From: Bigelowiella natans CCMP2755
Lineage: Eukaryota; Protista; Cercozoa
NCBI GenBank assembly: GCA_000320545.1
Contig: ADNK01000618.1
Location: 62,001 to 126,000 of the forward strand
Direction of reading: 5' to 3'
DNA length: 64,000 bases
The notes under the pieces are model-generated. The model was not told where the DNA came from, did no database searches, and saw only the letters and a program-made list of their open reading frames with translations. Position numbers and translations under genes: made by a program. Below are positions 40,839 through 54,132 of the stretch, piece by piece. Position 1 is the stretch's first letter; every line of letters begins with the position of its first letter.

Positions 40839-41494
40839 TGCACACACACGCTCACATGCCATTAGGCTCGCTGACACTTTCGTGTCTTTGATGGGAGAAA
40901 TGATCGCTCCAACGGCCAAATCATCCTCCTCTGTCGTCAAAGTAGTGCATACTAACACAACACCATTATAACCGATGATCTTTAAGTTGTGGCGATGAGG
41001 AAAAGCGCAAATTAAGATGATGTGACACAGTGATCAAACTAAGTTGTTCATAGGTATGTGTAACGTTTACTTTGCTCCCTTTCCACCTCGTCCTCTCAGA
41101 AATCATTGAATCCTGTGTACAGCAACATTCCAGACATCAATTCGACGATAAAGAACCCGTAAGAACTGAGTATTGATGCTGCTATCTCTGCTTACTGCAG
41201 TGTGTTGCGTTTCGTTTCAAAACTCACTCTCAACCTTTTGTCGCCCTTCCTCTTTTTCTCCTATTTATTAATTGTCCAGTGACCGACTCATGTACACCAA
41301 TATCATCGTCAAGATTAGCGAAAAGGATGTGATGAGCTCCAAAACTATTGGTAATGATGTTGAATTATCATTGCTTCTCATCCTATTCAGCTATGCGTAT
41401 TTCCTCGTCAGGTTATACGGTACTACCACTACGCTGGTTTCTTCCCGAAGATGGCAAGAAAGTACGATTCCGTTGCATCTTTTGTCCATATCCG

Positions 41495-41533
<39 letters not shown>

Positions 41534-42059
41534 TGAACGTGAGCGGGTAAGAGATTTAATACCTTATTAGTTCTTACGTCAATGAAGGCCGGAGAATGAT
41601 GACACAGATTATTGCGATAAATAGTACTGATAGCCTGTTTGTGTGTGAATGGGGGGGGGAATATTTTTGTAGGCTCGGTCCAAGATGTTCAGGCATCACT
41701 TGATGAAAGGTCTCCATTCTCAGAATTAATGCAAGATTACAACACGAACAGATAATCAAATCAACACACGAATCCATGTGGGATCGCACAAAAATACACG
41801 CAAATGCACTTATAAAAGAATGAATGAGGTTTACTCAAATGCCTTCGTTGTTGTAAACATCAGGAGGAGTTTACATTGGCAGTGCTGTGATCCAGGGAAG
41901 AGTTACAATCGTTGTGGAGGAAGAAGATGGTAAGCTAGATAGACAATGGTTATTTCAACTGTCTTTTTCTTGTTATTTGATTAGTTGATCATGCACCAAG
42001 CATCTCCCTCATGATGTTTCCTCCTCTTCATTCTTCACATTACTTTCTCTTCAGAGTGA
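35283..42059 (+). CDS. Inositol polyphosphate 5-phosphatase flanked by N- and C-terminal C2 domains
   Basis: C2: EARGLIAADQNG|FSDPYC, KTLFPKWN, VYDEDLVGKNDFLG. 5-phosphatase: FIGTWNVG, IGTQEC, NK|GGVAIS, FINAHLAAH, FMGDLNYRL, DQL, FPPTFK, PSW|CDRILW, SDHKPVSA. Second C2: LPPMDQHG|LADTFV, KSLNPVY. Start uncertain. Confidence 0.93.
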
Positions 42060-43295
42060 TTGGCCACCTTCGAGCTTTTGCAACAGTGTATCCACTTTGA
42101 TGCTGCTGATAATTCAACATGGAGAATCAACGTACGATGTCGTCGGAAACTCTCATCAGGGCCAGAATGAACTAGCATAATACATCATTGGTCACCGCTA
42201 CATTATAAATTCAGAGCATGCCAAGTTTTTGTGTCTCTAAAATAGTTTCGCAATGGAATTCCCGTACGTACGGGTCTCCAACTACCGCAAACGTGCACAC
42301 AAGCATGCGAATCGAAGCCACTTACGTACGTACACTTGTGTACTTGCGCATACTTGCTCAGATATTGCTTTGTTGCATGCGCATCACATAGACGATGAGC
42401 ATCACCGTAGTGCGTACGTGGCTAGGTGGGCCCATCCATGCTGCTGTGGCGCATCTAGCATTGTGCGTGGAATGCACTGGCTAGCTAGCTGGTGCACGAC
42501 AGCCTTGCGATCGATGCATGCATGACACACGTCTAATAGACAAACACCACGCACGCGCATTCACGTCACCATGCTAGCATGGCACGCGCACAGCATCGCA
42601 TGCATTTGAGCGACTGGACGTTCGTCGTGCGCGCACCGCCGCGGCTTGCCGCGCTAGCGCGTGTGCTAGCTAGCTAGCGCGTCCCATGCTGGCGCGCATG
42701 GGATGAAGAACAAAATGAATGACCTGTTGCCATTTTTTTGCATTTCAGCTACGGTCTGCCAGTGATGCTCAGCTACGGTCAGCCAGTTGCATTGGAGAGA
42801 GAAGGGCAACCAGTGCAATTGAACCAGTGGGACATGGAACGCCAACTTAGCTTGGACTCGGAGCGCGACAGGTTTTTTTGACCAACCATAGAAGTTACAG
42901 TGAATTCATAACAAATCCCTTATCTTTACCATGACGCAGGAAAAAGTTTGTCTGAGTTTTGTCCTTATCCAAATGTTCATGACGCAGGAGAGAATTTATC
43001 TGGATTCTCTATGGACGACAAGGAATAGGTCGCTGCAGTAGAGAACTCCATTGCAGAGGACGATGGGAAAATAATGATCAATGGTGCTCGCATCATCCGA
43101 ATACTGCATCATCCTGCAAGCGTCCTTTTCACGAACAACATCGTGATTTTACGATGGTAGGACCTGCCGCTATTCTCCGCATCATCATCTTGAGGTGAAA
43201 TTGAACGTAGACGAAGATGATGTCGTAGCAGGACCTGACCACGGTGTGCAGGTCATCTTGACTATATCAGCTCAACCACTCTCGTTTTTATCTAG

Positions 43296-43702
43296 GATAT
43301 GGCGTTGCCTGACAGTCGCAGTCAGCGTGGAGGTGGTGTCAGATTAAAATAACGACAGTAATTTGTCATGTTCTCACGTTGTCTCGATCATTGTTTGCAA
43401 TCAGCCCCGTGGAGTTCGAATGATGCGCTTTGGATTGGCGGTTATTTTCAATCTTTCGTTTTTTTGGTGATGACTGATATGATGGTGAAATCTACTCATA
43501 TGCACTTGCCTGCTGTTTGGGTTGCCGCTGGTGCCGGAAATACCTCCATGGATAATTTATCGTGAATATCATCATCATCATCGAGAGGTTGCTTCTCCTT
43601 AATCTGTTTTTTACTTGTCCTTCTTCTGCCCTCCTCTAGGTAATGGTATTGGTAGATCTGATAGTTCGGGCTCCGTATATTTGGGAATTGCAGGTAACTG
43701 AT

Positions 43703-43742
<40 letters not shown>

Positions 43743-44422
43743 CGAAAGAGAAAATAGCAACAATGACAGCAAAATGAACGATCTAATGAACACAGGCACG
43801 CAAATGCAATCCATTCTCAATGCTAATTATCCCTCCCCAGCCTTCCTTCGTGCCATAAATATGACATTGACCCGTGGTTCTTACAGACTGATGCTGGTGT
43901 GCTTGGAGAGCGTGAAGTCTCGCACGACGATTGGGTGTACTGCCTGCATTGTAGGTATCGTTCTTACTCTGCCCAGGTGCTGCTACATTTTTCACGTGGT
44001 AGATAGATTATTCAACAACTGTGCATTTATTTTCCAATTATGAATTCAATTTCTTATGATATTGATCTCATGCCTCTCAGCCTACTAGGTTATGATCCGT
44101 CATAGTTAGCAATATTCTCATCTTATTTCACTCTTTCTCCTCCTCCTCCTCCTCTTCCTCCTTTGCCCTCCTCTTTCGTTGTTTCACCATCCTCCTCAGG
44201 TTTTCCTTCACTTCTTGCAGGCGATATCTGCCAGCTTGTTGATGGCCGAAGTCAAGCCAGAAATAACAGCACTCGCGACGTTTGTCTTACACAGCTCCCT
44301 GATCTCGAGCGTACGTGACTACATTGCTCTGATAACATATCACTAGCTACATCTCTTAATTGGGTTCTAAGATGACTGATGCTTCCCTCCCTCTCTCCTC
44401 CTCGTTCACTGCTACACATATT

Positions 44423-44468
<46 letters not shown>

Positions 44469-45531
44469 GAACCAGGTTATGCTTCAAGGAGGCGACAAGA
44501 TCCTTGCACGGTGCCTCTTCTTTGCAGCGCTTCTACCATATAGACGCAATTCCCTGCAGCAGTCGAAGGAAATGCGGATTCTGCGAGAGAAGGTATGGTA
44601 TTCTTATGGTGATTGCATGTACATTTCACGTCGATAACACAGTGGCAGTATAAATACTATCAAATCTGGCCAATGGTACGAGAAGTCATATGAAGGGGTA
44701 ATGATAACTGAGAGGGTACTGCTGCTTTGTGCGTGTGTTTCAGGAGGGGGGCCATGGAGATGTAGAAGATGCTTCTTCTTCATCACTGACCCAGATTGCT
44801 CACTTCATTGTACCAACCGAATAATTACAACATCGTCATCATCCTCTTCCTCCTAATGCGACTGCGTGTTACGGCTCACCCCTCGTAGGCGCAGCTAGGA
44901 TTCATGATATCAACGTTCTCTATCTATTTAGATAGTGTGGAGGGAAGAAAAGGTAAAATGATAATGAGGTGCCCAACAATATTTGCAACGAAGGGGGGGG
45001 GGGGGGGATTTTTGAGCGAAATAAGGTGGCTTTATCCTCGAGGAGCCCTGTCATAGAAGGCAAGAGACATCAGAAAAATTCAGTTTTTCAGACAGCAGCC
45101 GCTACAGAAAGAAATGCGTACTTTTTCTCATCCTCATGCTACATTATCGATAGCCATCTACTTCTTATGTTAATAACTATCGTCCTTTAGCATCATAAAT
45201 AAAGAAAAAGAGCTTGTTTGAGGTGGTGTTCATGAATCTTTCAATCCTTAATTCCCCTATTCTTCCCTCCCCCCCCTCCTCCTCCATAATATTTCACTTA
45301 GACTCGATGGAATGGAGCTACCTGGAGGGGTCCGCTGTCTTCACGATATTGCATGGTAGGTCATCCTGCGATGTGACGGACTGCTCTGTTTGTTCAGCAA
45401 ACAACACCTTGTCCTTCGCCCATTCGAGCCAACATTTTTACATCGGCCAAGGCACTGTTGTGGTGTTGCATTCCTAGAAGGGAGGTTTGGGGGCTGCAAA
45501 TGAGATAATCAACCGTCAATCAACATCCATC

Positions 45532-45603
<72 letters not shown>

Positions 45604-46002
45604 TCATGCATTCAATAATCTCTAGATGAGGGTCTCGTGACCCCTGCAGGAGCCATTATCCGTCAGTCTCCGACTCTCTGCTATTGTACGATTAGATGAG
45701 CGCAAAACACGCACATATAGATAGAGTGTGTTGGTAGAGCATAGTATTTTTTACGGTGGTGACGACGATGATGACGATGATGATGGTGATGATGGTGGTA
45801 GAAAGATATTTGTCATAGAGCAGTTAATGTTGTTAGTGCTGACAGTAAGCTCGATGTGGGCCGAAGCATACGTGCCTTGGTTGCTTCTTGCGGCTCATCC
45901 TGGTGATTCTTAATTAATCAATTAATTATTTTATAAACGAGCAGCGTATCCCATTAAGAAGTAAGCATAAAAGTGTATATAGGGAATATGTTTCTCTCTC
46001 TC

Positions 46003-46067
<65 letters not shown>

Positions 46068-46484
46068 TGTGGGCAATTTTCTTCATTGTTTCAGAAGGCC
46101 TAACACACCACCCTTTTCCCTCTTTCTTCTTTCTTTTGTTCTTTCTTTCTTCATGTGTTGATGACACCCAAGCAGCACACGCATATTCAACAACAACAAC
46201 GTTATCCATCCATCCAGTGATGTCATCATCCTTCTTCCTCCCTCCAACCTTCTCTTACCGTTGTGTTGAAAGGTGACGGGATCATTAGGTTCCTTGGATG
46301 CGTGCTTCTCATGGGTAGCAGACATTTGTAAGCAGCTCTCTTGACTACTATTCGATAGCGTGGCTGAGAAAGAAGAGGAGTGATTCAAAATTACCACAAT
46401 TTTGCTGAAAATAAAGACGATACCCTTGCTTTTGCTCATGTTTATAGAGGAAGGGAAAAGAGTGAAAGAGGCTGACCATTGCTG

Positions 46485-46518
<34 letters not shown>

Positions 46519-46816
46519 GACATATATTCATATACCTACTTCTCCCCTTTGCAGGTCTCCATGTAGGATTGGGAGTCACAATCTCCTTGGCTTTTTTTCA
46601 AGCAGTACGTACGTCGCCGTTGTTATAATTCTCGTCGTTATCATTTCTTCATTGTTATGTTGTATTTGTCGTGGTGGTTGTGGTGGGGAGTTTAATTGCA
46701 CGAGTACTACTTCAAGATGCTGAGAATCGTATCGTGCGCAAACAACAGGTTTGCTTTTTGGCCCTGCTTCCATTCCTTCCACCAAAGGTGCTGCAAATAC
46801 AGCAGCGCGCGTGTGT

Positions 46817-46901
<85 letters not shown>

Positions 46902-48015
46902 GTGGAATAAGGTTAGGAAGAGAGTGTTGGTGCGATGTCGACTCGAGCAGTACAGACATCTCTTCAGCCACTTTATTGTTTTTTGGTTGCTTTGCGCGCC
47001 GTCGTTACTCCTGCAGGTTTTTGATGACTTATCCAAGTTGTCAGCATTATGGCTGCCATGCTCCTCCTCCTCCTCCTCCTCCTCCTCCTCACCATCATCA
47101 TCATCGGTGAGGTGGTCTAGCCTTCTTTCCCCCTCCTTCTCGAGTCTCTTCTCCTTCTCTTGGCTTGATATCGTCCCAAGGATAACCGCGGAGAATGAGA
47201 GACCATGCGATGATGATGATGATGATGATGACAGCGACGACCTCGAAGAAGGAAAAGGAGAAAACAGGGAGAACAACCGCAGAAGGATGGGGAAAACTAA
47301 CAAAAGCGCCAATAGCAGCGTCATAGTTAGACGAAGGGTGGCGCATAGTAGCAGCCACTATAAGCATCGTCAGCAGCAGCAGCAGCAGCAGCAGCAGCAT
47401 CTCCCACAACAACAACAACAACAACAACAACAAGAGAAGACATCGGAGTCGCTCAAAAATAGCAGTAGTACATCTCACAGGCGGAACGACAATGAGAGTA
47501 AGTAAAATGAGGAAGAAATCATACAGGGTGATTGATGATCATGTGATAATAGTAACGAAGGGAGGGCGACGATGATTACGATGTTATCAGTGTGATCTTA
47601 CTGCTGCTCCATATGCTGTTCTTCATATAATGATTCCTTGTAGAACGTCGGGGAAGGCGAAATATGTGTTGTATCTCAACTGCTACGGCTTCTTCAAGTA
47701 AAAGTAGCAGTATTGGTCTCGAAACAAGCAGAGAGTTCCTGCATCTTTTCCTTGCTGTAAGTCGTCGTCTATTAGAATAGCGAGAAGGAAGAAGAAGAAG
47801 AAGAAGATGATGATGATGATTATGAAGAAGAAGAAGACTCAGGAGGAATTAAGGGAGAATTTGAGAGATAAAAGCACGCACTCATCTGACTGCAAGCTTC
47901 TCCTTCTCCTCCTCCTCCTCCTCCTTCATCTTCTTAGATTCTTGGTATTTCTGCCACATTCTTGTCGGAGCAACGATGGTTTCAGAGGTATTTCAGAAGA
48001 ACTCTTATTCTCTAC

Positions 48016-48087
<72 letters not shown>

Positions 48088-48106
48088 GTAGTTATGTCGC
48101 TGACAC

Positions 48107-48151
<45 letters not shown>

Positions 48152-48799
48152 CGCGCTCAGATACGGCACTCCAATAAAGATGAGGGGTGGTTTTTACCCA
48201 AAAGTGGATCGCATGATTTCTGGGTTTGTATTGCTTCAATTTACATATCATGTATACATATATGTATACATGATATGTAAATTGATGTATACATATATGT
48301 ATACATGATATACATTCCTTGTGCCACTATCAGAGCAACAAACGCATGATAATTGCAGCCGCCACCACCATACTACTACTACTACTACTACTACTACTTA
48401 TATATGATGACGACATTAGAGGCGACAAGATGTATAGTAGGAGTGTGTTACTACTCCTGCTACCACTTCTGCAACTTCGTTCTGTTTAATAGCAAGTTAG
48501 TCTTGATGGGCTTGCCTCTTGTCCTATTGAATTACTATAATTCATTATTGGCCATTCTTACCTGTCAGGTGGTGGCGTCTACCCGGTACACTGCGTAACG
48601 GACGTGAAATTGACATATTTCGAGTGCGTGTGCCTTCTTAGCCCTTCTTCTCCTTCCTTTGAATATGATGAGTACTCAAGGGTCATCAATCAAGCCCACA
48701 CCAAACAGAAACCCACACACACACACACACACACCTACCACCGTATACAGAGTCTTGGAGAAGTGGGGCCGGTGCATAGAAGAGGTAGTAGTTGTTGCT

Positions 48800-48832
<33 letters not shown>

Positions 48833-49740
48833 ACGGTGAAAGAAAACTCGAATGCCTGGTGCTTTTCCTTCTTCAATTATCCTTTCATCTTCTTCCTCTT
48901 CTGTGTATGTAGCTTCGCTCATGGCTGCCAACGAGACCATGAATCGAAAGGAACATTCTGCGATTGTGCAGCGCCCTCTGCCACCATCGCGACACTTCAG
49001 GGCAATTTCAACTTCTTGGACGGTGCTTTAGAAACATCATTTAGGAGGAGGCGGCGGCGCGTGTAGATAGATCATCAAGGAAGACAAGACGTTTGCATAC
49101 TTCGCAGTGGGAGAACACATATAATGCCCAACTATTAATCTTTTTGGGAGAGGAGTAGTATGAAACTGTGGCCATAAAATTCGGCCTTGTAATGGAGTTG
49201 TGCTGCTGTAGTATTGGTATTATCTTACCCCCCCCCCCCCCCTCTCTCTTCCAGGGATTGACGCCTGAGATGCAAGGTATAAATGTCCGTTATCTCCAGT
49301 ATGTCTGCGACACGTGGAATAAAGGCAGGAGAAAGATCAGAAGTAGAAGTAGCAAGAATACGCTCTTTTCCTTGGATGGGATTTTCCACTACAATCAAGA
49401 CGGCAGTAACGACAATTCCCACACAACCACAACTAGGGTAGGTTACGTATTTCTACACTTGATATGATTTATGTATTTGGCACTCATCAAACTTGTCGTG
49501 CGAGCTTTTTGGCAGCAGCAGCAGCCCTAGCAGCAGCACTAGCAGCAGCACTTCCTCATCCTACCTCTCCAGTTATCGTACATCTTCATCTTCCTCATTC
49601 AAGTATCATATCGCCTTTACGTTCCATTGCATCATTAATAACACGCTGGTGGTTGTCTTGCAGACGAAGAGGCTGCCTACCGACCTCATGTCTGTATCTC
49701 TCGCAGCTGTCGTTACCATTGGTCGTTATTGTTATTGCTA

Positions 49741-49777
<37 letters not shown>

Positions 49778-49888
49778 CGTGTTATTCGTTCTGCCCCTTA
49801 CCGCTGCTACTTCCTGCGAATACAACCAAACATAAGGACCAACCTTCACCGTATATCTCCAACTACAGCACTTATCTCCTCCCACACG

Positions 49889-49932
<44 letters not shown>

Positions 49933-49960
49933 AGTAAACATGTTGAGTAAGTGTAGTAAG

Positions 49961-50007
<47 letters not shown>

Positions 50008-50641
50008 CGTTTCTCTGCTCCTTTTTTCTTTCCACGACCCAATTCCACCATCACCATCATCATCATCATCGTGCGTTTTCATCATCAATGTAGCTTCTAA
50101 GATCTCATCATCACTCCTCCCTTCCTCCTCCCCAACTCGAATTACAGGATATCCTGATCCAGATGGGGAAGGGAAGGGGTATCTAGGTGGTGGATGGACA
50201 ACACTATTGAGAGATTATAAGGTTTTTTTACTCAATGTATGATTCCCTTCATTATATACAAAGTCAAGGGTTTGGCATTGTCATCAAATTTATTCTTGTG
50301 AATCTCTGTCTTCAATGATCACCGTAATTATCGATTTCATCGTTGTAATCTGCAATTAACTGGTTGCAGGTGGAAATCGTGCGATATCAATGTCTCAGTG
50401 CTGCAGGCCGCCCAGTAGGAGAGGTTGATTATGATTCTTTTCCTCTCACCCTAAATCCTCTCATCGAAGCACACGTCTTATTCAAAATGTAGGTGATGAT
50501 TTTATTCTTGAACATATTTGTATGCACTTATTGAAGGTAGATGTGCCGTCACCGGTTCGCGGACCGCTCCTGAAAGCTATGGTAAAAGCTTCTGATGAAA
50601 GAGAGAGAATCGTAGCTGAAATTCGCAAGCAGGCGAGATAG
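43296..50641 (+). CDS. HTTM-domain membrane protein (bacterial-type, vitamin K-dependent carboxylase-related TM domain)
   Basis: Spliced exons: SVE|PRGVRMMRFGLA|VMVLVDLIVRAPYIWELQ|TDAGVL, NQVMLQGGDKILARCLFFAALLP, WSYLEGSAV, LTVSSMWAEAYVPWLL, GLHVGLGVTISL, LPFLPPK|VFD, YLQYVCDTWN. The 5' end and several exons are unresolved. Confidence 0.7.
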
Positions 50642-50795
50642 AAAGAAAGAGCCAGATCCGACCACCCAGTGCGTCGTATTCCAGAAGTTTTGCTTCACAG
50701 CTGCTCGTATAGTCCTGCGACAGTGTCAATGGTTGATGATTTAATTTGTTTGTTCGTGTAATCAAGCTCGTGCATCGAACCAAGACGACCAATGT

Positions 50796-50874
50796 GAGAC
50801 GGATGTAATAAATCAAATTAAATTTGTTCAATGGTCATCCTCATGTAGCTGTGCAATGCAGCGGCTACAGCGCT
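50796..50874. mobile_element. Single arm of the MITE-like element, copy C
   Basis: gagacggatgtaat...ttcaatggtcatcctcatgtagctgtgc...gcggctacagcgct matches the arms at 31.9-32.2 kb and 54.1-54.4 kb. Confidence 0.7.
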
Positions 50875-51520
50875 AATGTACACCTAATAGTGAGCGCATG
50901 GCGTGTCAGCCATGCTGACTGGCGTCCTGTGATCGTATCGGTCGCATCACAAGCGCTCGCTTATACAATATGACATCATGGCCCATGGAGTATATGTATC
51001 ATGGATCACACATAGATATAGCTAGATAAACTGCTATATACTGCAGCTGTGTATGTCCGCGTGCGTGTGCATGTGTGCGTCTGCTCGCATAGATTTCATA
51101 CAATGGCTTATATCGTAGCCTAGCAGCAGTGCCATAATAATATTGGGTTGGGTCTACATGTCTTGCTATTAGATTGTGTATCAGAACTAAGTATTGATCG
51201 CATGCACGCCAACCTAACAAGAACTAGCGAACAAGCATCTATAAATACACATGCCGCTGCACGCACGCACTAACATTTCTACAACTTCTCGCCGGTTGCC
51301 ACGTTGCCACGCACCGCGCTGCATGCACATTCAGCAGTACGCAGATATGAATTCTTATTCTTGTTATTGTTATTAGACCTCAGAAGCTCAAACTGCTGAT
51401 ACTAGCTAGAATGCGACTATTATTGCAATATGTGTGAAGAAAGCATTAAGTAGTACGCTGCAAAATACAGCTGATGATGGTACCAGAGCTTCCATCAATT
51501 ATGTGCAAGCTGCCTCGCTG

Positions 51521-52337
51521 CTAATGAACCACCGGCTTGAGAACCTCTCCCGTGACTTCTGAGTAGTTTATCTCTATATCCTGATCCTCTTCTACTTCGC
51601 CTATGATTGCACTAATGAAGAACACAAGCAAAGTAGTCGGAACATAAGAAACAAATCACTACCCTAATTTTAAGGTTTCTTTGCATAATTATGTGGGAAG
51701 CTTACACGTTGTCGCCCCGGATAATGTACAGCCCCAAGACAACTTGCTCTACTCCAGCGTCTGGAGAGAATACCCTCTCGTGGCAATCCTCAAGAATTAT
51801 GTTGATGCACTGGTCGTAACCTTTCAATACACCCTGTGGGCGTTAAAGATCGAAGGTCATAAGACTAAGAGAGATAGATTTGTGAATAAAATTTCATTAA
51901 TTACCACAATGTTTCTTCCATCGTTCGTGATGACATTCACGATTCCTGTGAGCGAATAGAAGCAAGACGAAAAGTAACTAAGCCCACACGGTCTTTAGTC
52001 TTTCTGGAAGATGATGATCTTCAGAAGCGAAAGTGAGCTAGTATTTAGCAAGCTCTCCCATCTCCCAACCTGTTACTTCCCCTCCGCATCGCTTTTCTCA
52101 AATAATTGAAAGTTCATCCTCAATACGCAAATTTGTAAAGGGTTCTCTCTTTCGAGATGCCTTACAAGAAGTGCGCAGTTTGGGCTTCCTCGCTCACGCA
52201 CACTCACTAACGCCGCAAGATTCTGACAATTTGGGCCAAAGAGTGGCCAACTCACGGAGAGAGACAACATATACAGGGCGTAGTAGAAATGGGCTGTAAC
52301 ACATACGATCGACGTAGGAATCCAGTTCGGACGCCAT
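51521..52337 (-). CDS. LSM8: U6 snRNA-associated Sm-like protein LSm8
   Basis: MASELDSYVDR|IVNVITNDGRNIV|GVLKGYDQCINIILEDCHERVFSPDAGVEQVVLGLYIIRGDNV|AIIGEVEEDQD...KPVVH*; 4 exons. Confidence 0.96.
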
Positions 52338-52667
52338 TGGTTCCGCCGGAGGTGGGGTCGGTTGTTCTGAAGCAGAAAACTGTGCGGGTGTGTCTGAGTT
52401 GCGGATACGTATCCTCTCGGTCAGATCCTCGGTAAATTTTGGTCTAAATTTAGAATAATTATACATAGATATTATCCGGAGTTAGAACGTATCATTGTAC
52501 GACAACGCGACTCTGCATTGACTGATCTGGCGGGCGCAAGTTTTTATCCATTTTGGACAATTTTTATTAGTGAAAATACCCTGGGAGGGGCACTTTATAT
52601 CAAGCTGGGCAACTTGGAGGGAAAATCTTATCAATGAAGGGAAAATAGAAGAATTATTCCCTGCGAC

Positions 52668-53812
52668 ATGAATATAGGTATGTCGCTCATTTATCTCCCC
52701 AGCATCTGCATCAATGCCTCAGAAACGGTAGTGATGGTTGTTATGGGCCTGGCCCCAACACGTACTGATGAGAGGAGAGGCAAGGGGGAAAATAGTTTGA
52801 TCACATATTTGGTCACATTCTTTCTACATGAGCCCTGATCCAAGATTTTGTAGCGTATCTGAAGGTTTACTTTTACTTTCAGGAAGCGGAAGATCTGAAG
52901 AAAGTCAGGCAACCTCCCGGCTTTGAGCTCAGCGAGCAAGAACAGAATGAGATTAAAGAGGCCTTTGATCTTTTTGACATAAAGGGAGAAGGTGCGCTCT
53001 CTAATTAAGGCTTAACTTCCGAAAAATCCGATGAGTAGTCGTGTTGAAGATTCATCGGTTTTGCAGGCAAAATCTCAGCAAAGGATACAGAAGTTGCTCT
53101 TAGAGCTCTTGGGACGGAGCCAAGTATTCGTGATAACAACCAAAATACAACGCAGTAACAACACTGATTCGATGTTTAATCTAATAGATACAGAGGATGT
53201 TCGAGGTATTTTCGCAGCGATTGGCAAGGACGCTGGCGATAGTGTCAACCTAGAGGAATTCAAGAAAATCATGAGTATCAAAATGGTGCGTGCGAATGAA
53301 GTTCCATGTCTCTTGAATACTCTCACATACTTCTTTGCTTTTCCCTATCTAAACACACGTATGTACTTACACTAATGTTACTAACCCTACTGTTAATTCC
53401 AGAATCAATCGCTGGGTGGGTCGGAGGTGGATAGGGCGTTTGTAATGCTGAAGGGTGCCTCTCGTGACGTTATTAGCTTCGAAGATCTTAGAAGGTTGGC
53501 TAGAACTTCTGTGTGCGGAAGGAATACGTAAATATTAATCAGTGGAAATTATCTTTGTTTAGGATATCAAAGGAAATAGGGGAAGATTTAGGTGATGAAG
53601 AACTCAAGCAAATGATGGAAGCTGCGGGAGCAAACGCAAATGGCGATGCAATAGATCTGAAAAAGTAAGTTGTCGATGTGCTAGATTATAGCCCATATCT
53701 TTCATTACATCTCCTTACACCCGATTCGAATTCTTGCATCCTTGTCATTTATACTTTGGTGTCATCAATGCGGTCTCGTAGGTTCACTGCTGTACTAAAT
53801 TCGTCTCAATGA
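52668..53812 (+). CDS. Divergent centrin-like EF-hand protein
   Basis: ELSEQEQNEIKEAFDLFDIKGEG|KISAKDTEVALRALG, VNLEEFKKIMSIKM, ISFEDLRR|ISKEIGEDLGDEELKQMMEAA. N-terminal exons uncertain. Confidence 0.85.
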
Positions 53813-54132
53813 TGTAGAGCTTCTTGAAGGACTCTCAAAGAATATAACTCACCCTTTCCATGTGGACAAAATCAATATGAAGTTGTGATAACGAAGTAGT
53901 ATCACCTGTACAAAATGCGGCGGCGTCATGACTTTGCAAGCGTTTTCGATTCTATGCATGTGCTTATTGCAGCATGTAGCAGCAGGAATCGTCTCACGCT
54001 TATTGCGATGTGCAGTGTTGCGTGTGTGCGATGCTTATATGCTTTGTCAATTGACTATATGCAACGCCCCACTAGTCAATATGAGGCAAACACACATATC
54101 GTACATGTATGCATGCGACAGCAGCTGTGTGT

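Noticed and set aside
49320-49330. Possible GC-AG donor after WNK in the HTTM gene
   Set aside because: The frame stays open to a GT donor at about 49438, so a GC donor is not required.
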